Shown: positions 38,238-46,673 of the stretch, piece after piece
Layout of the letters: every line of letters begins with the position of its first letter
Numbering within the stretch: the first letter of the stretch is position 1
IMG/VR virus record: IMGVR_UViG_3300027533_000013
Coordinates: 1 to 64,000 of that record
DNA: 64,000 nt
Direction: 5' to 3' (one strand)
Source of the DNA: a virus
Lineage: Duplodnaviria; Caudoviricetes
Program-made: the position numbers and the translations under genes
The notes under the pieces: model-generated
The model's input: only the letters and a program-made list of their open reading frames with translations
Database searches by the model: none
What the model was told of the DNA's origin: nothing

Positions 38238-40094
38238 ATGCCACCACTTACCCGGCAATTGATTGCAACTATCAAGTCTATGGTGCAGGGCTATGCCCAC
38301 GTCTTGAAGTGGAATCGCAACCAGCCGCGTGGCCCGAAGGGGTCAGCCACGGGTGGGCAGTGGATCAGTCAAGGGAGTCATGGGACCGGAGCGGCCAGCG
38401 CAATCGATGATAAATACGGCACGGCACCGGGGATGGAACGCTACGCCACCCATGGGGATCGTGGCGCAGGCTTTTCCACCATGGATCGAGCACGGGCTAT
38501 CGCAGGCCACACGCGGACACCCGACCCATCCTTCAAGCCTGTTCTGTTGAACGTCAAAGAAGGTGGCCGAGGATTTGTGAATCGTCCTCGTGGAGTGGGT
38601 GTTCCCGAACCACCACCGCCTGATCCACATCAGGAAGTCATTCAGGCCCTGAAGACCGACCGAGCGACAGACAGCCGCCCACTGGGGAATGCAGGCAATG
38701 CGAATGCCTCATGTGTGGTGACGTTGGTGGATGACAAGGGGGAGACCATCGAAGCCGTCTATAAACCCGAACGTGGTGAATCGTGGAGTTTGCGTTTTGC
38801 GAACCATGACATCAAGAAGATGGTCACCAACAAGGACTTTTCGTTGGCGGCTCGTGAAACCTTTGCGTATGAGGTGGATTCGGCACTGAAGCTGGAAATC
38901 GTGCCTGAAACCGTGCTCCGTGAGGTCGTAGACGAAACTAACATCGATATCAACACCAAGGCCAAAGGCGGAATGAACAGTGGTGATGGGCAGGGATACG
39001 ATTCAGACCAAGCCCGAGAGGATTATCGAGACTATCAGGAAAATGCCGAAGAAGACGCCAGAGAAAATGCCTATGAGGAAGCTGGCGACCAGATGGCTGA
39101 CCTATACCATGAGGCACAAAAAGAGCATGTTTCTGATATCCAAGAACGTGCCAAAGAGGTACAGGAAATCTGGGATGAGGAATATGAGGCGTTCAGAGAT
39201 CAGGATGCCCATGGAACACGTTCCGCCATGTTGGAACATCCCACGTTGCCCATGGGGTCTAAGGAACCCTTTGAGCGCAAGCCGGATGAAGGCAAACTGA
39301 ATCCCATCGAGTTTCTGGATGAAGCAAACGTCGATGTCACGGACTCTATGAACGAGGCCGAGGAAAACAAGGTCCGAGAACTTATCCGAGCGAAATTGAA
39401 GGACGGCTACAGCGGGTTCGATGAAGTCGATGAAGATGACGCGGAAGAACATCTGGACCGGGATAAATTCATCGAAGACCATGCGGACACCGAGGCCAGA
39501 ATCATTGACAGTATCGTAGCGAAAAACGTCCAGTCCTATACCGAGTGGCGTCACGACCATGGGTATAACACGTCAGGCACTGCTCCGAGCGGCAGTGGGA
39601 GTGGCAGTGGCCCTGATATGAATCCTGATGCGCCCCATCCTCAAGGGGGGTCGTTTCAGCACTACCGCAGTGATGCACGGAAAGACGGATACCTCAGTGC
39701 CAGTGGTGGAGCCAAGTTGGCGGTGCTGGACTACATGATCGGCACCATGGATCGTCACCCGAACAATTTGATGTACGACGGAACGGAACCTGTGGCTATC
39801 GACAACGGCTACAGTATGCCTGCGGTGCCTGACGGTGATCCGCCCGATGCTTTCACCTTCCGGTCGCATGGCGCGAGGGATTGGGCTAGTTCCGGCACAA
39901 TACCAGACGCCACCCGAACTGAGATACTCGATTCCATGTCGAAGACGAATTGGCAGGCCGTGATGGACCGCCACCCGAACATGAATGCACTGGAGCGGAA
40001 GGCATTTCTGGGCCGTGTCGAGAAGATGAAGACGGCGTTGGGCACTCCGGATGGCCTGAAAAACCTGTGGAGCGGTTTGAACAATATGTGGTAA
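38238..40094 (+). CDS. HipA/PI3-PI4-kinase-like kinase 2 with large acidic insertion
   Basis: VYKP, ARE, IVPETV, MDRHPNN, AIDNG; leader YAHVLKWNRNQPRGPKGSATGGQW. Confidence 0.8.
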   Translation: MPPLTRQLIATIKSMVQGYAHVLKWNRNQPRGPKGSATGGQWISQGSHGTGAASAIDDKYGTAPGMERYATHGDRGAGFSTMDRARAIAGHTRTPDPSFKPVLLNVKEGGRGFVNRPRGVGVPEPPPPDPHQEVIQALKTDRATDSRPLGNAGNANASCVVTLVDDKGETIEAVYKPERGESWSLRFANHDIKKMVTNKDFSLAARETFAYEVDSALKLEIVPETVLREVVDETNIDINTKAKGGMNSGDGQGYDSDQAREDYRDYQENAEEDARENAYEEAGDQMADLYHEAQKEHVSDIQERAKEVQEIWDEEYEAFRDQDAHGTRSAMLEHPTLPMGSKEPFERKPDEGKLNPIEFLDEANVDVTDSMNEAEENKVRELIRAKLKDGYSGFDEVDEDDAEEHLDRDKFIEDHADTEARIIDSIVAKNVQSYTEWRHDHGYNTSGTAPSGSGSGSGPDMNPDAPHPQGGSFQHYRSDARKDGYLSASGGAKLAVLDYMIGTMDRHPNNLMYDGTEPVAIDNGYSMPAVPDGDPPDAFTFRSHGARDWASSGTIPDATRTEILDSMSKTNWQAVMDRHPNMNALERKAFLGRVEKMKTALGTPDGLKNLWSGLNNMW

Positions 40095-40100
40095 CAGTAA

Positions 40101-40129
40101 TTGACAAATTGTTCAAATTGTGATACAGT
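40101..40129 (+). promoter_or_regulatory. sigma70 promoter for putative immunity gene
   Basis: TTGACA-17-TACAGT, extended TG; GGAGG RBS follows. Confidence 0.7.
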
Positions 40130-40150
40130 AATGGGTGGAGGATTCTAGTT

Positions 40151-40378
40151 ATGCACACCGAGATTTGGGATCATACGGGGGGAAGGTCGAGGGTGATGGC
40201 CATCGTCCGAGTGGATGGTGGAAAGCTCTCGATTGAAGAAAAAGAACCCATGCCGCCATCCTATCACAAGATGATCGAGATGACGCAGGCACGGATGCAC
40301 GGAGAACGAGCGTTTCTACGGCAGTTGGAAGTGGAATTTTCGGGGTCATACATCACGGCGACGTTCAAGAAAGACTGA
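40151..40378 (+). CDS. small protein, putative immunity/antitoxin for kinase 2
   Basis: VRVDGGKL..FLRQLEVEFSGSY, homologous to 35708 and 41623. Confidence 0.6.
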   Translation: MHTEIWDHTGGRSRVMAIVRVDGGKLSIEEKEPMPPSYHKMIEMTQARMHGERAFLRQLEVEFSGSYITATFKKD

Positions 40379-40380
40379 CC

Positions 40381-41583
40381 ATGCTGATCTTCCAGCGGAA
40401 GCCTGTGCAATCAATTGCATACGTCTCCATCCTGAAGTGGGATCGGAACCAGCCCCGTGTCCCGAAAGGGTCACCAGAGAGTGGACGATGGACGCAGGGT
40501 GGTGTCAGTCAGGGTCTCGCCGCCACCACCATGGCCGGTCGAACGCCCAGAACGTCTACGTTCAAGCCGCCTGAGTATGGCTTTGGCAGTACGGAAGATC
40601 GTCGGATGGAAGCAGATAGGGCAAAAGCCGCAGGGTTTGCCACGATCATGAACGCCCCCATGGGCACGGGGTTTGCGAACCCACCACGTATCACCGGGCA
40701 ATCTTCGATGGTGAGGCGGTTGACGACGCCATCGAAAGCCCCGGTAGTATCGGCGGCACCAACTGGTTCGTCATTGAATTCGATGAGGACTGGCAACATC
40801 GCAGATTCTGAGGAAATCAATCCGGGGACACACGCCAATGAAACGTACAAAGTGACGTTGGAGGATGGGACCGTTGCCGCATTGAAGGCTGAATCAGGTG
40901 AACGCTGGGCCGCAGCCTTTTGGAATGACGATATTTCAAACTACGTCATCAACCGGGATCTGTCGCTGGGTGAGAGAGAAGCCATTGCCTTTGAAGTCTC
41001 AGAGGCGTTAGGACTGGATCTGGTGCCGGAGACGGTCCTCCGAGAACACATTGATGTTGTTAGTACCGGGCAACCTTTTGAGGGAGTGAACATCATGAAT
41101 GATGAGGCACCCCATCCACATGGAGGTAGTCTCACGAAGTGGGTGCCGGGTATTGATTCCGATGGTCAGAAAGCGACTCCACAAGAAATCCGAAGACTGG
41201 CAGTATTGGATTACGCTATGGGGCAGATGGATCGGCATCCCAACAATGTGTCCTTCGACGCTAATGGCAAGCTCCTCGCCATGGACAATGGTTACAGTCT
41301 TCCGGCTCCCATCTATGGTCATGATGAATTCACTTTCCGGTCGGCCACCACAAGAACGTGGAGGGAGTCAGCTAGTGACGACTTTCCAGAGGATGAACGG
41401 AAGCAAATGGCCGATGCGTTAGATAGGACGGACTGGACAGCGTTTGCTGATCGTCATTCGGGCATGAGCAGTCGAGAACGTGAAGCGTTTTTGGGTCGCA
41501 TTGAGAATCTGAAAGAAGCCATGAAGACCACCACGGGCTTGAAGGAACTGTGGAAGAACCAGACCCTGTATATGGACAATTGA
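40381..41583 (+). CDS. HipA/PI3-PI4-kinase-like kinase 3
   Basis: ALKA, GERE, LVPETV, MDRHPNN, AMDNG; leader YVSILKWDRNQPRVPKGSPESGRW. Confidence 0.8.
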   Translation: MLIFQRKPVQSIAYVSILKWDRNQPRVPKGSPESGRWTQGGVSQGLAATTMAGRTPRTSTFKPPEYGFGSTEDRRMEADRAKAAGFATIMNAPMGTGFANPPRITGQSSMVRRLTTPSKAPVVSAAPTGSSLNSMRTGNIADSEEINPGTHANETYKVTLEDGTVAALKAESGERWAAAFWNDDISNYVINRDLSLGEREAIAFEVSEALGLDLVPETVLREHIDVVSTGQPFEGVNIMNDEAPHPHGGSLTKWVPGIDSDGQKATPQEIRRLAVLDYAMGQMDRHPNNVSFDANGKLLAMDNGYSLPAPIYGHDEFTFRSATTRTWRESASDDFPEDERKQMADALDRTDWTAFADRHSGMSSREREAFLGRIENLKEAMKTTTGLKELWKNQTLYMDN

Positions 41584-41601
41584 CAAATTATCTGATAGAC
41601 T
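41573..41601 (+). promoter_or_regulatory. sigma70 promoter for putative immunity gene
   Basis: TGGACA-17-TAGACT, extended TG; GGAGG RBS follows. Confidence 0.55.
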
Positions 41602-41622
41602 ACAGGGGCATGGAGGTGCTAG

Positions 41623-41868
41623 TTGTACGCAGAACTTATCAATTATTCGATGGACCCGCCTAAAGTGATCCGGACCATCCGGATCGTGGATGGGAAGCTC
41701 GTCCAGACGGGTGACATGTCTCCGGAGAAGAGACGGCATCTGGAGCAGGAATATCATCTGTTCAAGACCAAGCTGAACGGCAGCGATAAGGATTTCTTGG
41801 AGAATCGGTTGGACGTGGTATTTGCGAGTAACACGTATTACAAGCCGAAGTTTCACCCCGAGGAGTAA
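41623..41868 (+). CDS. small protein, putative immunity/antitoxin for kinase 3
   Basis: INYSMDPPKV..IRIVDGKL; NYSM.P shared with 35708. Confidence 0.6.
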   Translation: MYAELINYSMDPPKVIRTIRIVDGKLVQTGDMSPEKRRHLEQEYHLFKTKLNGSDKDFLENRLDVVFASNTYYKPKFHPEE

Positions 41869-41873
41869 TACCC

Positions 41874-43649
41874 GTGCTGCAATCGATTGCAGGATATGCG
41901 GCGGTGCTGAAGGGTGGCACCTATAGCTATGGGAATACCCAGATCCCTATTGCTCCTACCAGTGCAGCCGCGCTTAGTCTGAACATGGCCCGAGACGCCA
42001 TTCAGGATGACCATCTGGAGGGCGCAGGAAAGGACGTGGACCCCAACCACGTCACGGTGCGGTATGGCCTGTTGAACGAGAACCTCGACGCCCTGAGAGC
42101 CTTTCTTGCCAGTCAGAAGCCTTTTGAGGCGCGAGTCGAGGGGGTGGAGTTATTCCCTGCCTCAGAACACTCGGATGGAGCCGTGCCCGTGGTGGCGAGG
42201 ATCGTGTCACCCGAGTTGCACGCTATCGAGGCTGAGATTGGAAATTACGCAGATTTCAAGGAAAAGAGCTTCCCGGTTTACAAACCGCACTGCACATTGG
42301 CGTATTGTAAACCGGAGATTGCCGAGCGGTATCAAGAACTATTTGTCTATGGTTCGTTTGTGGTGCAGAGCATCACCATCAGCCATGCGTCAGGTGTGCA
42401 GGAAACCATCCCGTTCGGTATAACGAATAAGTTCGATGTAACGAAGAAAGATCCGGTCAGCGGACGTTATGTCACGCCGTTTGTGTCGTTCGATAAGCAA
42501 GGCGATGAGCAGCTACGTATGATTACCAGTCTCAACGCCAGCCGCTTGGCGACGTGGGGATTTACGGCTGAGGCCGAAGTGCTGGGGATGGCCCGGTATC
42601 GTCTGACCGCCGTGCTCGATGGTCGGACCAGTAAGTTCTGCCGCATGATTGATGGCCATATTTTTGATGTGGCTGATGCGCGTGAGAAGGTGATTGAAGC
42701 CCTGAACGTGCAAGACCCCAACGACCTTCGCGTCGTCCAACCATGGCCCAAGCAGGACAAAGCATCGATGGCCATGTACAGCGAGATGAATGCCCAAGAA
42801 CTGACTGACCGAGGGCTACACATCCCACCCTACCACCCGCACTGCCGCACGTTGTGCCGGTCGGTGGAGTCGAGCAAGGGGAAGACCACCGAGGTCACGG
42901 CCACGGTGCCTGATGGGACTGAGGTCTTTCAGCCTGTCACAGCGGCTGACCTAGCGGAGATCGGTGTGACAGCGACTCCTGAACAGGTGGCCGAGTGGAA
43001 CGCCAACATCGGCATGTCTCCGGTCGAGTTGATGACCAAGCTCACTGGAGGGCGTCCCCAAGAGGTGATGACACGAGGCGTTGGTTCGAAGCCGGTGGAG
43101 TTTCATCCCTCTGGGGATATCGGACTGAACGCCCGAGGGGTCACGGATGGGGTGGAATTCAAGCTGGGGGCGATACTGGACCCATTCACGGGTATCTTCT
43201 ACTTGACCCGTGCGGAGTTGGCTGAGGGCACGCCAAAGGCCGAGGCCGCGTTCCTGAAGCGTATGTTCAGTGCCATGCTGGACATGGGGAAGAAGTCCAC
43301 GGCATCCTCGATTGCGCTCAGCGTGGCCGGTAATGCGGCATACTACGCCAAGCTGGGATTTCTGCCTGACGAGTTGGAATGGGATGCTCTGCGGACGTAT
43401 TCACTGGGAGAGTTGGAAGCAGGAGTGTTGCAGCCGATGATGGCATCGCTGGCCCCGGCTGATGCGTTGCTGGTGAAGCAGCTACTACAAGATGGGTCAC
43501 CATCGGCCTTAGTTGCTCTGACCGAGCTACCGTTCACCTACGCAGGCAAGACCATCGGTGAGTGGATTCTCAGTGAGTCGTCAGGTATTTGGGCACTGGA
43601 TCTGGCCGATGATTTGATGGTAGCGCAGGCGAAAGCGTACCTCTCATGA
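41874..43649 (+). CDS. Acb1/gp57B-like 2H phosphodiesterase + MuF (SPP1 gp7-type head morphogenesis) domain + GNAT-like C-terminal domain
   Basis: HVTVRYG and YKPHCTLAY (two HxT); AVLDGRTS.FC..DG..PPYHPHCR (MuF); AAYYAKLGF (GNAT-like). Confidence 0.8.
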   Translation: MLQSIAGYAAVLKGGTYSYGNTQIPIAPTSAAALSLNMARDAIQDDHLEGAGKDVDPNHVTVRYGLLNENLDALRAFLASQKPFEARVEGVELFPASEHSDGAVPVVARIVSPELHAIEAEIGNYADFKEKSFPVYKPHCTLAYCKPEIAERYQELFVYGSFVVQSITISHASGVQETIPFGITNKFDVTKKDPVSGRYVTPFVSFDKQGDEQLRMITSLNASRLATWGFTAEAEVLGMARYRLTAVLDGRTSKFCRMIDGHIFDVADAREKVIEALNVQDPNDLRVVQPWPKQDKASMAMYSEMNAQELTDRGLHIPPYHPHCRTLCRSVESSKGKTTEVTATVPDGTEVFQPVTAADLAEIGVTATPEQVAEWNANIGMSPVELMTKLTGGRPQEVMTRGVGSKPVEFHPSGDIGLNARGVTDGVEFKLGAILDPFTGIFYLTRAELAEGTPKAEAAFLKRMFSAMLDMGKKSTASSIALSVAGNAAYYAKLGFLPDELEWDALRTYSLGELEAGVLQPMMASLAPADALLVKQLLQDGSPSALVALTELPFTYAGKTIGEWILSESSGIWALDLADDLMVAQAKAYLS

Positions 43650-43871
43650 AGATGACCTTGAAACCGCTCAAGACAGACCATGCCACGCTAAAAATGGTGG
43701 TGTCGAAGCCTGTACCGAAGGCCAAGGCCCATCTCCAGTTGGTGACCAGACAGGGTGTGTCATCGGAACGAGCGAAGCAGTTACTGAGCTAGGAAAATAG
43801 TTGTTGCGTTCTTGCGTTGTCCTGTAAAATAAGACCCCGTGCAACTGATTGCAATTGTGAGTCAGTAACCC

Positions 43872-44978
43872 ATGCCCCTGCATACGAGTCGATTCGTGTC
43901 CCGGTATGGACTCACACATGCCGCAGAGCCATCCAAACCCAAACTCCCCTTTGAATTAGTCCTGAAGTTCAACAAGTGCCACGCAGACAATTCCGGCCAA
44001 TTCTGTGACACGAGTGGTGGCACAGGTGGTAAAGAAAGTGGCGGCATAGGCGGTAAAGAAAAAGAGACTGCGAACTTCAAGAAAACTGTCCCGAAGGACG
44101 GTGAATATCCGGTAGGCACAGAACAAGACCCCATCATCAGGGCGTCAGTGAAACGTCGGTACATGGCGGGGGAAATTGAACTGGCCGACGAGCAAAAAGA
44201 ATTCTTTGGGATCGGGCCGGAAGTGAAGTTCAATTCCAAAGCGGCCAAGGTGACGAAACCCTCCGCGAAGCCATCCGACGTGAAGTCTGAGGACGGGCCG
44301 ACGCAAGTGTTCTTGGATGCCAGTACGCCGGAAGGTATCACCACGGCGCTGAAGGCCATGGGATGGAAAGATAAGAGCAAGGTTACGAACCGTGACGAAC
44401 TTTTCAAAATCGCGGAAAACAATGGGAAGATTGCGGAGAAAGGGCGTAAGCTCATTCTTGAGGCGTTGGAAAGTAGCCCCCGTGGGAAGGGAAAGGTCAA
44501 GGTAACGAAGGCGAGTGGGATTGATCAGAAGACGGCGGATAAGCTACAAGCCAACGTCAATCTCTTGCTGCACCCGACCATCCTGAAGCAGTTGAAGTCC
44601 AAGAGTACGAATCTGACGAGGGGCAGGTCGAGTGGAGATGCCCATTACTCACATTCTATTGAGGGTCAGATTACGTTTGGGCATGGGATGAATAAAAACG
44701 ATCAAGAAGCAATCTATGTTCATGAATTCGGGCATAGAATTGAAGTGTCAGTCAAAGGGTTGTTGGCGAAGGCAACCAAGGCCCGAGACAAAGCCGTCAG
44801 TGAGAACGAACCGTTGGTCAATGAATACTCCGAGAAAGTGTACGAGCATATTAAGGGCACAGAATATGTGTCGTCTGGATACGAGCACTACTTCCGCGAT
44901 CCCATTTCCTTTGCCGCCAAAGCCCCGAAACATTTTACGTTCATTCATCGGCTGGTGACGCGAGGGGAGTTGGTATAA
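43872..44978 (+). CDS. putative head cargo with zincin metallopeptidase domain
   Basis: YVHEFGHRIE plus downstream EYVS; leader FELVLKFNKCHADNSGQFC. Confidence 0.65.
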   Translation: MPLHTSRFVSRYGLTHAAEPSKPKLPFELVLKFNKCHADNSGQFCDTSGGTGGKESGGIGGKEKETANFKKTVPKDGEYPVGTEQDPIIRASVKRRYMAGEIELADEQKEFFGIGPEVKFNSKAAKVTKPSAKPSDVKSEDGPTQVFLDASTPEGITTALKAMGWKDKSKVTNRDELFKIAENNGKIAEKGRKLILEALESSPRGKGKVKVTKASGIDQKTADKLQANVNLLLHPTILKQLKSKSTNLTRGRSSGDAHYSHSIEGQITFGHGMNKNDQEAIYVHEFGHRIEVSVKGLLAKATKARDKAVSENEPLVNEYSEKVYEHIKGTEYVSSGYEHYFRDPISFAAKAPKHFTFIHRLVTRGELV

Positions 44979-45244
44979 TGCAGGCGGTTATTAAGGTCGA
45001 GGGTGTCGAGGCGACATTCGATGGAGAGCGATGGGAGTGTCCCGATGCGACGTTAGCGGCGTTCCTGAATGCGTTTCGGTGGATGGGTTCTCGCCATAGC
45101 CAGTATGGTAGTGCTGGAAGCCATGCGGTGGCGGTGGCTGAAGAAATAGGAGCCGAAGTCGTTTCGGTGGAAGATACACCCACGGATAATGTCGATATCG
45201 TGAAGGGGTTGGGGGAGTCCGACGATGAGTCGGATGAGGAGTAG
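44978..45244 (+). CDS. small acidic protein, possible peptidase immunity
   Basis: coupled (TAATG) to peptidase gene; acidic tail. Confidence 0.5.
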   Translation: MQAVIKVEGVEATFDGERWECPDATLAAFLNAFRWMGSRHSQYGSAGSHAVAVAEEIGAEVVSVEDTPTDNVDIVKGLGESDDESDEE

Positions 45245-45248
45245 TTTG

Positions 45249-46064
45249 ATGGCCATTGACACTCGCAAATCGCTGGTCAAGAAATACAATCCCAACCACG
45301 GAGTTGATGGGCGGTTTACATCAGGGTCCAGTGGGCTAGGAAACCGTCGTATTGGAGAGCGTGGCGGTGGCACCGCAGGGGCACCTGTGAAGGATGCGTT
45401 TGGCAGGTCGATGGGTTACCAAAGCCCCCATCCTCCAACGAAACAGACAGTAGCCGCCCACAGTCCACAGGCACAGCAAACCGCAGCCCACCTTCATGGC
45501 GCGTCAGACGGTGGTTCGGGTATCGTCAAAGATCGCGTCTTCATTCCCGGTGTGACGGATGAATTTGGGAGAACGGCTGAGGAACAAGCGGCAGCAAAGG
45601 TACCCAAGTTTCAGATTGAGAATCCGGCTGGACCGGGTTTTCAGTTCAGTAGCGCACAGCGACAGGCGAACGCTAGAGAGATGTTCGGAGCATCACCGTT
45701 GAAGCCAGATCCTTATGGTGAGACCGCCAGAAAACCAAACATTTTGGTGAGACCAGAACCGGCTGCGTTTGCGACCACGATGCGAACACCTAAGACGCCT
45801 GTGATGGCTGAGACGGCTCGCACACCAGCGACCACCAGACATGCCCCCAAAGAGGCCACGTTTCATGCGCCGTCCAAGGACATCAACGAGTATGTGAATA
45901 CTCAGCACATGAGGCGACTGGAAGGTGAATCATTGAGTGCGTATGTGGAGCGCCGAAACTCGTTGTTGAAAACTCAACGTGATCGTGAGGCGAAAGTAGC
46001 GAAGGCGAGAGCGAACGCCAGTGCTCCATTTCTCAGGGGACGGCCACCAGCATTCGTGAGGTAA
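45249..46064 (+). CDS. low-complexity putative head-cargo protein
   Basis: SLVKKYNPNHGVDGRFTSG leader. Confidence 0.6.
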   Translation: MAIDTRKSLVKKYNPNHGVDGRFTSGSSGLGNRRIGERGGGTAGAPVKDAFGRSMGYQSPHPPTKQTVAAHSPQAQQTAAHLHGASDGGSGIVKDRVFIPGVTDEFGRTAEEQAAAKVPKFQIENPAGPGFQFSSAQRQANAREMFGASPLKPDPYGETARKPNILVRPEPAAFATTMRTPKTPVMAETARTPATTRHAPKEATFHAPSKDINEYVNTQHMRRLEGESLSAYVERRNSLLKTQRDREAKVAKARANASAPFLRGRPPAFVR

Positions 46065-46068
46065 CCTT

Positions 46069-46344
46069 ATGCCGCTCACGAACGGGTTGTTGACGAGTCG
46101 TGCGGCTGCTCTGAAGGGTGAGGGCCATATTCACTCGGAGAAGTGGCATCGCTGTGTGGAGCACGTCAAGGCCAAGGGTGGTGGATACGATCCGTACGCC
46201 GTCTGCACCTTCAGCATTGGGTACAATGAGTCGGTCAACAAGGAACATCAGACGCCGGGGCCACATTCTTCACGAGACACCCGCAGATTCAAGCGGCGGA
46301 AAGAGCGTGCTGAAAAGTATGCCGACGTATTGAAATTCAAATAA
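46069..46344 (+). CDS. small head-associated protein
   Basis: KWHRCVEHVK..PYAVCT; ends YADVLKFK. Confidence 0.55.
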   Translation: MPLTNGLLTSRAAALKGEGHIHSEKWHRCVEHVKAKGGGYDPYAVCTFSIGYNESVNKEHQTPGPHSSRDTRRFKRRKERAEKYADVLKFK

Positions 46345-46364
46345 CCCAGCAATAGGAGCACACC

Positions 46365-46604
46365 GTGACTGATAAACCGACACAGCTACCCACCGATCCC
46401 GACGACGAATCCGCTTCGCCACCGGAAGAAGGTGGTGAACGTCCTGATCAGGGACTTCCCGGCAAACCCGGTGGCATTGGTGGTCCCGGTAGACCCGATC
46501 AGGGGTTGCCCGGTCGTGGCCCCGGTGGACCGGGAAGCATCGGTGGTCCGAAGCCGACGCATCCGATTGCGCCGACACCCGAACCGAAGAAAGACAAGCG
46601 GTAG
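46365..46604 (+). CDS. Pro/Gly-rich small protein
   Basis: AGGAG RBS; two RPDQGLPG repeats, PTHPIAP. Confidence 0.55.
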   Translation: MTDKPTQLPTDPDDESASPPEEGGERPDQGLPGKPGGIGGPGRPDQGLPGRGPGGPGSIGGPKPTHPIAPTPEPKKDKR

Positions 46605-46673
46605 GGAAATTCTCCTGACGGTTGGCAATTGATTGCACGAATGGATCAGTTGCCAACCTGATTGGGGTGTAGA

